This document shows positions 24,334 through 31,487 of a stretch of 31,487 bases of DNA, piece by piece (position 1 is the stretch's first letter; each line of letters begins with the position of its first letter). Source of the DNA: a virus (Duplodnaviria; Caudoviricetes); IMG/VR virus record IMGVR_UViG_3300011337_000071, positions 1 through 31,487 of that record; one strand, written 5' to 3'. The notes under the pieces were generated by a model. The model ran no database searches. It saw nothing but the letters and a program-made list of their open reading frames with translations, and was not told the DNA's origin. Position numbers and translations under genes: made by a program.

Positions 24334-26355
24334 TTATTTGGAATCTTTCTTCAACATCATTCCTGATGCTGTACCTGGATCAATAACGATCCAGCCGTTC
24401 TCATGGACTTCAATCAACTCGGCGTCAATCAGTTTGGTAATGTAGGGTGCCTTCCCATCAATCAGATTGCGCCTTGATCCCTTCTCTTTTGACTTGGGGA
24501 ATGCTTGTAGCCCATGTTCAACGGCGTAATCACGCATCACTGACTTGGTGAGATACGGTGCGCCGCCTCTGTCTTCTGCGCCTGATGACCACCACGCTTT
24601 CTCAAAGTCTGAAAACAGTTCGCCACTGTTCTTTTGCTTGGTTTCCGGCACTTCGCCCTTCACCACCACCGCGCTGGAAACAACCTCGCCATCCTCGTCA
24701 AACCAGCCAGGTATCGCCACCGATTCAAGGTCAACGTAGACCGGCGCTGCCATCTCGGCGTCTTTGCTCTTGCGCTGGACGATCTCAATTGACTTCTCAC
24801 CCTTGGCGGGTATAACGCTGATCTCAATGTCCAAGGCACCACGCCATGCACTGGAGCCACGCGCTCGGTGCTGGGCCTCCTCACTGACGCCTGTGTGATG
24901 CACCAGAATGACGGTGCAGCCAAACTCTTGCATCAGTGCAGCGCAGGCGTCCAGCATGGTCTTGGCGTCTTGGGCTGAGTTTTCGTCACCGGCCATGAAT
25001 CGGTGCAAGGTGTCCACCGTAATCACATCAGGCTTGATCTTGAGCGCCCGTATGGCCTCCACCACCTTCAGATAGCCCTCGGCGGTGTTCAGGTCAAGCC
25101 CCGACTTGCTGACCCACATATTCAAGTTGCTGACGCCGTTCTTATGCTTCCAGGCTGCAATCCTGCTTCGCAGTCCGTGATGTCCTTCACCAGCCAAGTA
25201 CACCATATTGCCGGGTCTAACTTTATGACCAAACCAATTGGCTTTGCCACTGGCAATGTGCAACATCCAATCCAGCGTCACAAACGTCTTACCGCCGCCG
25301 CTTGGGCCATGCACCATGACCAGCGCCTTGTCTTGTATCCAGTGCTTCACAAGCCACGAAATGGGCGCAGGCTGGGCTGAAAAGCCATCGGCATGGATAA
25401 GGTAGTCCGTCACTGGCGCAGGCGGCTTGAGCAATAAAGTCAAGTCATGCCCCGCTTGGACGTAATCATTGGCGTCACCCGGCACTGGCGGTGTTGTCAT
25501 GCGTACCCCATACTTTGCGCTGGCCTGCTCGGCGTAACGCTGCCCCACACCACTAGCGTCATGGTCGGCCACAATGCAAATGTCTAGCGTCGGGTGGCCT
25601 TCCTTCAGTATCCCCGTCACCGGCACTAGGTTGCTGGCGCTGTAAGCCACCGCGCAGGGCTGGCCTGTCACCTCGGCTATGGTGGCGGCAGTAGCGAATC
25701 CCTCGGCAATGTAAAGAGTGGTGGCCTCATCCATGCTACCGACCAGCCAGTACATTGAGCCGGTTTGTCCACCGGGGTGATACAGCTTGCCACCGGCATG
25801 GTCAATGTATTGAATGCTTGAGAGTTCTCCGTCTGAGTTGTACAACGGCACCATCAGCCTGCCATCACCCGTAATCCGTGCGCCGTGCGCTTTGATGCCC
25901 TTGCGTTGCAGGTAGGGATGCTCTGGACTTGCTGCCCCTGCCTGCGACCAGATAAGATCAACGGTGTTTGCCGCTACTTCACGGGACTTTTTGACCTCGG
26001 CATCCCGCTGAGTCTTGGCCTCCGCCAAGCGCCTGGACTGCGCCATTTCCTCAACCGGCGTCAGGCTGCGGCCAATGTCTGCTTTCCAACTGGATTCAAA
26101 CCCAGATCGCCAGCAACCAAAGCGCCCAGCCGGGACGCCATCACTGAACGCCACGTACCAACCAGGCTTGTCGTGACCCTTCTCGCCTTTGGTGCCACTG
26201 TTAAAGCGGTGCAGCTTGCCGTCAAGATAGATCACATCTGGTGGCTTCAGCCCTGCGGCAAGCAGGGCATCCTTGAGTTGAATGTCAGGCGCATCTACCT
26301 GCTTTTCTGGTGGTGGCGACCAAGGGCCACCGAGGATGTTTGAGAGGTCTGCCAT
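24334..26355 (-). CDS. Primase-helicase (TOPRIM plus AAA_25/RepA-type helicase)
   Basis: HPYLQRKGI, IAEGFATA and ADHD (TOPRIM); GPSGGGKT Walker A, ITVDT Walker B, VHHTG, RGSSAW. Confidence 0.9.
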   Translation of the reverse strand: MADLSNILGGPWSPPPEKQVDAPDIQLKDALLAAGLKPPDVIYLDGKLHRFNSGTKGEKGHDKPGWYVAFSDGVPAGRFGCWRSGFESSWKADIGRSLTPVEEMAQSRRLAEAKTQRDAEVKKSREVAANTVDLIWSQAGAASPEHPYLQRKGIKAHGARITGDGRLMVPLYNSDGELSSIQYIDHAGGKLYHPGGQTGSMYWLVGSMDEATTLYIAEGFATAATIAEVTGQPCAVAYSASNLVPVTGILKEGHPTLDICIVADHDASGVGQRYAEQASAKYGVRMTTPPVPGDANDYVQAGHDLTLLLKPPAPVTDYLIHADGFSAQPAPISWLVKHWIQDKALVMVHGPSGGGKTFVTLDWMLHIASGKANWFGHKVRPGNMVYLAGEGHHGLRSRIAAWKHKNGVSNLNMWVSKSGLDLNTAEGYLKVVEAIRALKIKPDVITVDTLHRFMAGDENSAQDAKTMLDACAALMQEFGCTVILVHHTGVSEEAQHRARGSSAWRGALDIEISVIPAKGEKSIEIVQRKSKDAEMAAPVYVDLESVAIPGWFDEDGEVVSSAVVVKGEVPETKQKNSGELFSDFEKAWWSSGAEDRGGAPYLTKSVMRDYAVEHGLQAFPKSKEKGSRRNLIDGKAPYITKLIDAELIEVHENGWIVIDPGTASGMMLKKDSK

Positions 26356-26383
26356 TTATTTTCAATCTTTCGTCATAAAGTTG

Positions 26384-26418
26384 TTGACATCCTAGCACGA
26401 ACTTATGCTACACTGCAA
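26384..26418. promoter_or_regulatory. Overlapping divergent sigma70-type promoters around a TAGCA-N8-TGCTA palindrome
   Basis: Plus strand: TTGACA 26384-89, 19 bp, TACACT 26409-14 with TG extension. Minus strand: TTGCAG 26418-13, 18 bp, TAGGAT 26394-89 with TG extension. Confidence 0.6.
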
Positions 26419-26468
26419 GCACGTTACGAACTGAGTCCAGACGGTAACGCAAACTGAAGGAGAGCCAA

Positions 26469-27134
26469 ATGGCTATTTCGTTGAAACGCACCAGCGGCCT
26501 TAGTGCCAACGGTGTCAAGTTGCTTGTCTACGGGCAAGCAGGGGCTGGCAAGACCAGCTTGATCAAGACCCTGCCGAACCCGGTGGTGCTGTCTGCCGAG
26601 GGTGGATTATTGTCCATTCAAGATGCTGACTTGCCGTTCATTGAGATCAACTCAATGGATGACTTACGCCAGGCTTACAGTTGGGTGCTTGAGTCCGAGT
26701 ACAAGTCTGTGGCTTTGGACAGCATCTCCGAGATTGCTGAAGTGTGTCTGAACACCGAGAAGAAGGTCAACAAAGACCCACGCGCTGCGTATGGCGCTAT
26801 GCAGGAACAGATGGCCGACATCATCCGAGCATTCCGCGACATTCCCGGGCGTCATGTTTTGATGACCGCCAAGCTCGAAAAGACCCAAGACGAAATGGGC
26901 CGGGTGCTGTACAGCCCATCAATGCCGGGTAACAAGACCGGACAGGCATTGCCTTACTTCTTTGATGAAGTTTTGGCCTTGCGTGTTGAGAAGGATGCAG
27001 AGGGCAACACCCAACGCGCCCTGATGTGCGACTCTGACGGCCTGTGGCTTGCCAAGGATCGTAGCGGCAAGCTGGGTGCTTGGGAAGCACCTGACCTGGG
27101 CGAGATCATCAACAAAATCGGGGGTGTGGCATGA
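26469..27134 (+). CDS. AAA_24 ATPase, Sak4-like recombinase
   Basis: LVYGQAGAGKT, SAEGGL, VALDSISE and AKDRSGKL motifs; upstream of SSB and exonuclease; AAGGAG SD. Confidence 0.85.
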   Translation: MAISLKRTSGLSANGVKLLVYGQAGAGKTSLIKTLPNPVVLSAEGGLLSIQDADLPFIEINSMDDLRQAYSWVLESEYKSVALDSISEIAEVCLNTEKKVNKDPRAAYGAMQEQMADIIRAFRDIPGRHVLMTAKLEKTQDEMGRVLYSPSMPGNKTGQALPYFFDEVLALRVEKDAEGNTQRALMCDSDGLWLAKDRSGKLGAWEAPDLGEIINKIGGVA

Positions 27135-27322
27135 GCGCCTCTGTCGGGCTGATTGCCCTTTGGACTGGTGAACTGAGCGCAAACGTGGATCATATGCGCT
27201 CCATGTCAATCCATCAGTTGGACAAGCAAGACCTTGCCCAGTTTGCCAAGTATGTCTACAAAGTTGAGCAAAACGCGCAGGCAATTGCAAAGTACGTCAA
27301 AGAAAAACAGGAACAACCATGA
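27131..27322 (+). CDS. Hypothetical 63-aa protein
   Basis: ATGA overlaps on both sides; ends EQP. Confidence 0.6.
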   Translation: MSASVGLIALWTGELSANVDHMRSMSIHQLDKQDLAQFAKYVYKVEQNAQAIAKYVKEKQEQP

Positions 27323-27693
27323 GCACCCTTTATCAACGCTGGCTTGACGCCAAGAAACTTGAAACCGCCGCAGTGGCCGAGCGCCGGGAACTGGAAGACC
27401 TGATGGTCGAGACGTTCGCCATTCCCAAAGACCTTGACGGCACTGTCAAACACGCCATTGACGGTTACGTCATTAAGACTGAGGGTCGCATCAACAAGAA
27501 GATTGATGCCGACAAACTCCAGATGCTGGCCGCAGAGGCCGGTTTGTCCGAACACCTTTCCAGCCTCTTTCGCTGGAAGCCCGAAATCAACGCCAAGGCA
27601 TGGGCAGCGGCTGCTGAAGCTGTCACCAAGCCCTTGCTTGATGCCATTACGTCCACCCCCGGGCGTCCCACTTTCACAATCACAAAGGATTAA
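27319..27693 (+). CDS. Conserved hypothetical protein of the phage recombination module
   Basis: 124 aa, WLDAKKLE...LFRWKPEIN...ITSTPGRPTF. Confidence 0.75.
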   Translation: MSTLYQRWLDAKKLETAAVAERRELEDLMVETFAIPKDLDGTVKHAIDGYVIKTEGRINKKIDADKLQMLAAEAGLSEHLSSLFRWKPEINAKAWAAAAEAVTKPLLDAITSTPGRPTFTITKD

Positions 27694-27695
27694 TC

Positions 27696-28187
27696 ATGGC
27701 TTTTTTAGACGAAGAATTCACCCTTGACACTCTCCCCGTTGGCAACACCGGCAACTTTGAACCTCTGCCCGAGGGCTGGTACAACGCCAGCATCACCGGC
27801 GCTGAGATTAAGATGACAAAGGCAGGCGACGGCAAGTACATTGCTTGCAAGTACACCATCACCGGCCCATCACATCAGGGACGGGTTGTGTTTGGCAACC
27901 TCAACATTAAGAACGCCAGCACTAAAGCCGAGGAGATCGGACGCCAGCAGCTTGGCGAGATCATGAGAGCCATTGGCCTTGCCAAAGTGACTGACACCGA
28001 CCAACTTATTGGTGGAAACCTGGGCATTAAGCTGGTGGTCAAGACGGGCGAGTACGCCGGGAATGAGATCAAGGGCTACCGTGCTATTGGTGGCGTGACA
28101 CCGGCTGCTGTAGCCCCGTTTAAGCCCGTTGGGCCATCGGCTGCTGCTGCACCGGCTAAGTCTGCGCCACCTTGGGCGAAGAAGTAA
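27696..28187 (+). CDS. Single-stranded DNA-binding protein (DUF669 family)
   Basis: FEPLPEGWYNASIT...GRVVFGNLN...NEIKGY with a flexible tail ending PPW; typical Sak4 partner. Confidence 0.8.
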   Translation: MAFLDEEFTLDTLPVGNTGNFEPLPEGWYNASITGAEIKMTKAGDGKYIACKYTITGPSHQGRVVFGNLNIKNASTKAEEIGRQQLGEIMRAIGLAKVTDTDQLIGGNLGIKLVVKTGEYAGNEIKGYRAIGGVTPAAVAPFKPVGPSAAAAPAKSAPPWAKK

Positions 28188-28189
28188 GC

Positions 28190-28220
28190 AAAAAAAGACC
28201 CCGCTTTTAACGGCGGGGTC
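28190..28220 (-). terminator. GC-rich hairpin with the U-tract on the minus strand
   Basis: GACCCCGC (28197-204) pairs with GCGGGGTC (28213-220), preceded by A7 on the + strand. Confidence 0.6.
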
Positions 28221-28251
28221 AAGATAGCAACAACCAACAGGAACACCAGCC

Positions 28252-29265
28252 ATGATCATACCTGAACCAGAAATTACTATCACCAGCCTGATCGACCAAG
28301 CGCATCAGTCTCGCACTGAAAAGCCCCGCGCTCACATGGGCTGTAGCACCTTGGGCCACCACTGCGAACGCTGGCTCTGGCTAAGTTTCCGCTGGGCAGT
28401 GGTTGAGAAGTTCCAAGGCCGAATTCTGCGACTGTTTCGCCGTGGGCAGAATGAAGAGGCCACCATCATCAGTGACCTGAGAGCCATTGGCATGAGCGTA
28501 TCAGGAACCCAGCGCCGAGTGAATTTTGGCAGTCACGTATCAGGAAGCCTGGACGGTATCGGCAAGGGCGTACCCGGTGCGCCTAAGACTGAACACGTTC
28601 TGGAGTTCAAAACCCATTCGCTGAAGTCATTCAACGACCTTGAGAAGAATGGAGTGGCAAAGAGTAAGCCCCAGCATTTCACCCAGTGCCAAGTGTATAT
28701 GCACGGCACCGACCTGAAACGCGCACTGTACGTGGCCGTCTGCAAAGACGATGACCGCATCTACACCGAGCGCTTGGAACTTGACCGCGACCATGCTATC
28801 AAGGCAATTGAGAAAGGCCAGCGTCTTGCGCTGACCGACCGCCTGCCACCGCCCATCAGCACTGACCCAACATGGTTTGAGTGCAAGATGTGCCCCGGCC
28901 ATGACTTCTGCCACGGCAGCAATACCACCAAACAGGTCAACTGCCGAACCTGCGCTCACACTACGCCATTGAGTGATAGCACTTGGCACTGCGCCAAGTG
29001 GGATGATGTTGTACCTACTGATGCCCAGCATGACGGCTGCGAGGCCCATGTGATTCATCCTGACTTGGTGCCGTGGAAGCGGCTGGAAGGCCCATCAGAT
29101 TGGGTAGCAGTCTATGAGATTGACGGCCATGCGATAGCCAACGGTGAGCCTGGCGAGGGCGTGTATGGCTCCAAGGAATTGCTGGCTAATGCCGCCGCTT
29201 GCATTGCCGAGGATCCGCAGCTTATGCAATTGCGGAAGGAATGGAATGGGAGGATTGTGGGATGA
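28252..29265 (+). CDS. Cas4-like PD-(D/E)XK exonuclease with Cys clusters
   Basis: HCERWLW, GSLDG, LEFKT, QCQVYM, CKMC..FC and CRTC motifs. Confidence 0.85.
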   Translation: MIIPEPEITITSLIDQAHQSRTEKPRAHMGCSTLGHHCERWLWLSFRWAVVEKFQGRILRLFRRGQNEEATIISDLRAIGMSVSGTQRRVNFGSHVSGSLDGIGKGVPGAPKTEHVLEFKTHSLKSFNDLEKNGVAKSKPQHFTQCQVYMHGTDLKRALYVAVCKDDDRIYTERLELDRDHAIKAIEKGQRLALTDRLPPPISTDPTWFECKMCPGHDFCHGSNTTKQVNCRTCAHTTPLSDSTWHCAKWDDVVPTDAQHDGCEAHVIHPDLVPWKRLEGPSDWVAVYEIDGHAIANGEPGEGVYGSKELLANAAACIAEDPQLMQLRKEWNGRIVG

Positions 29266-30020
29266 GTGAATCATCAAGCCTTGAAATAACGTACAATCAA
29301 AACATGAAAACATATTACGTTTACCTTCACACGCGCAATGACACTGGCGAAGTTTTTTACGTTGGCAAAGGTCAAGGTAGACGCGCTTGGTGGAAAAACG
29401 GACGAAATAAACATTGGCATTTTTTGTCTCAGAAGCATGGCTACGAAGTGCATATTTGGCGCAATGAATTAACTGAAGCGCAAGCATTTGAAATTGAAAA
29501 AGAACGTATTTCTTTTTACGGAAGAAAAAATTTGTGCAATTACACCGATGGTGGAGATGGAGCTTCTGGAGCAAAAAAAACAGAAGCTCAAAAATTGCAT
29601 ATGAAAGAAAAAATGCTTGGACGCAAATTTAGCGAACAAACTTTACAAAAAATGAAAATTGCAGCCAGTCAAAGATCAAATGAAACAAGACAAAAACAAA
29701 CTGATGCAATACGTGGAAGAAAACACAGCGAAGAACACAAACAAAAAATATCTGCGACAGGAATTGGTAGAACGCCAACAGAAGCAACTAGAAAAAAAAT
29801 ATCAGATGCTCATAAAGGCAAACCAAAATCGGCAGAAGCTGTAAAAAAAATGGCGAAATCAAAATCAAAACAAGTGATGTGTTTAACAAATAACACAATT
29901 TATGAATCACAAAGAGAGGCAGCGCGTCAATTAAATTTGAAAAGCTCACACATTAGCGCCGTAGTCAACGGAAAAGCGCATCAAACCAAAGGGTTTGTTT
30001 TTGCATTGGTGCAATTATGA
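29262..30020 (+). mobile_element. Free-standing GIY-YIG homing endonuclease with NUMOD3 repeats and a C-terminal NUMOD1-like HTH
   Basis: YYVYLH...FYVGKG..RA, GRKHSEEHKQKIS repeats, YESQREAARQL; very AT-rich. Start at 29262 (ATGA overlap) or 29304. Confidence 0.85.
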
Positions 30021-31487
30021 AATTGCGTGAATATCAAACTCGCGCATTGGAAATGCTATACGCATGGTTTGAAAAAAACGCGACAGGTCATCCAGTATTG
30101 AATATGCCTGGTGGGTCTGGCAAATCAGTGGTGATTGCTTCGCTGGCAAAGGATGCGCTGCAAAACTGGCCGGACACGCGCATCTTAATGTTGGTGCATT
30201 CCAAAGAATTGATTTTGCAAAACGCTGACAAGCTACGCAAGCTGTGGCCCAATGCTCCGCTTGGTGTTTACAGCGCCAGCGTGGGAAGGCGTGACCTTGG
30301 AGAGCCAATCACGTATGCTGGTATTGGATCAGTTGCTAAACGTGCAAAGCAACTGGGCCACATAGATTTGTGCATTATTGATGAGGTGCACGCCGTTTCA
30401 ACTATTGAAAGTGGCATTTACCGCAAGCTGATTGCAGACCTGCTGGAGATCAACCCGTCCATGCGAATTGTGGGCTTGAGCGCCAGCCCGTACCGGCTTG
30501 GACAAGGCCTGATAACTGAAGGGCCAACCGCAATCTTTTCCGAGATCTTGGAGCCTGTCAGCATTGAGGAATTGGTTTTCAAAACGCACCTTGTGCCTTT
30601 GCGATCAAAAATCACTAAACATCAGTTGGAAACTGAGGGATTGCATAAAAGGGGTGGCGAATACATTGCAGCAGAGATGGAGGCCAAGTTCAATACAAAC
30701 GACCACAATGGCGCGGTGGTGCAAGAAATAATTGAAAAAGCACATAACCGCAATCATTGGCTTATTTTTTGCTCTGGAGTAGCGCATTCTGAAGCCGTGG
30801 CAAAGTGTTTGCGTGATGCTGGTATTACAGCCGAATCTTTAGATGCAACGCACAGCAAATTTGAGCGAGAGCGCAAGCTAGCGGAATTTGAATCCGGCAA
30901 ATTACGTGCGTTGTGCAACGTGGGAATTTTGACAACTGGCTATGATTTTCCTGCGCTGGATTGCATTGCATTTTTGAGAGCCACTGCATCACCTGGGCTT
31001 TATCTACAATGTGCGGTTCGCGGGATGCGACCATCACCCGGCAAAACCGATTGCTTGGTGTTGGACTTTGCAGGCGTAGTTGAGCAGCATGGTCCCATCA
31101 CCGCAGTCAAGCCGCCGTCACGTAAGGGCGATAAGGTAGGTGAAGCGCCTGTCAAGGTTTGCGACCACTGTCAGGAAATCTGTCACTTGTCGGTGCGTGT
31201 ATGTCCTGCGTGTGGTGAGGCATTTCCAGAGCCGGTGAAGCCACCGCTACGCCTCAGTAAGCTCGATATTATGGGCGTGGCCGGGATTGATATGGACGTG
31301 AGCGCCTGGACGTGGCGCAAGCATATTTCACGCGCCAGTGGCCGCGATATGTTGAGCCTGACCTACTATGGCAGCCTGAGCGATGCGCCTGTCACCGAGT
31401 ACCTGGCAGTCACCCATGACGGATACGCAGGGGAAAAATCCCGTCGCCTACTGGCAGAGATAGCACACCATGCTGGCGTGACGCTGG
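30017..31487 (+). CDS. Superfamily II DNA helicase (YejH/RadD-like) with C-terminal Zn finger; runs off the window end
   Basis: Absent from the ORF track (no stop in window). Hand-translated MKLREYQ...PGGSGKS...IIDEVH...GLSASP...LTTGYDFP...RGMRP...VLDFAG...CDHC...CPACG. ATGA overlap at 30017. Confidence 0.88.
   Translation, partial: MKLREYQTRALEMLYAWFEKNATGHPVLNMPGGSGKSVVIASLAKDALQNWPDTRILMLVHSKELILQNADKLRKLWPNAPLGVYSASVGRRDLGEPITYAGIGSVAKRAKQLGHIDLCIIDEVHAVSTIESGIYRKLIADLLEINPSMRIVGLSASPYRLGQGLITEGPTAIFSEILEPVSIEELVFKTHLVPLRSKITKHQLETEGLHKRGGEYIAAEMEAKFNTNDHNGAVVQEIIEKAHNRNHWLIFCSGVAHSEAVAKCLRDAGITAESLDATHSKFERERKLAEFESGKLRALCNVGILTTGYDFPALDCIAFLRATASPGLYLQCAVRGMRPSPGKTDCLVLDFAGVVEQHGPITAVKPPSRKGDKVGEAPVKVCDHCQEICHLSVRVCPACGEAFPEPVKPPLRLSKLDIMGVAGIDMDVSAWTWRKHISRASGRDMLSLTYYGSLSDAPVTEYLAVTHDGYAGEKSRRLLAEIAHHAGVTL

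Noticed and set aside
28252-29265. Cas4-like nuclease as evidence of a CRISPR system
   Set aside because: No repeat-spacer array or other cas genes; the context is a standard phage Sak4-SSB-exonuclease module.
29095-29574. 159-aa ORF antisense to the GIY-YIG and exonuclease genes
   Set aside because: Partial overlap with arbitrary ends, unlike the 10245-10826 case; no supporting signals.
1-31487. tRNA, integrase/att site, or classical repressor
   Set aside because: None recognised by eye; intergenic gaps are mostly too short. A tRNAscan/Infernal run would be needed to exclude small RNAs, and lifestyle cannot be determined from this window.

Overview
A 31.5 kb piece of a tailed-phage genome with a P22-like podovirus morphogenesis module. 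A Betaproteobacterial, probably freshwater, host is inferred only from the protein family types. The + strand from 1 to 20806 is the late region: terminase large subunit C-terminus, portal, a ferritin/Dps-like gene, a beta-helix tailspike, scaffold, P22-type coat, head/tail proteins (gp4-, gp10- and gp26-like), three probable ejection proteins, a glycine-rich protein, an M15 endolysin and a 3-TM holin. An antisense NUMOD4-HNH homing endonuclease sits between the gp4-like and gp10-like genes. The - strand from 20783 to 26355 holds a TOPRIM/AAA primase-helicase followed by about 17 small, mostly overlapping accessory genes built from shared repeated modules. The + strand from 26469 to the end is the recombination/replication region: Sak4-like ATPase, DUF669-type SSB, Cas4-like exonuclease, a GIY-YIG/NUMOD3 homing endonuclease and a truncated SF2 helicase. 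I saw no integrase, classical repressor, tRNA, CRISPR array or reverse transcriptase. The most unusual observations are: (1) a stop-free 193-codon ORF on the late strand that exactly spans the antisense HNH insertion, from the gp4 stop to the gp10 start; (2) a DDxxD helical protein in the tail module; (3) a microhomology-shuffled accessory gene array; (4) a symmetric pair of overlapping divergent promoters. All family assignments come from motif recognition by eye, not database searches.
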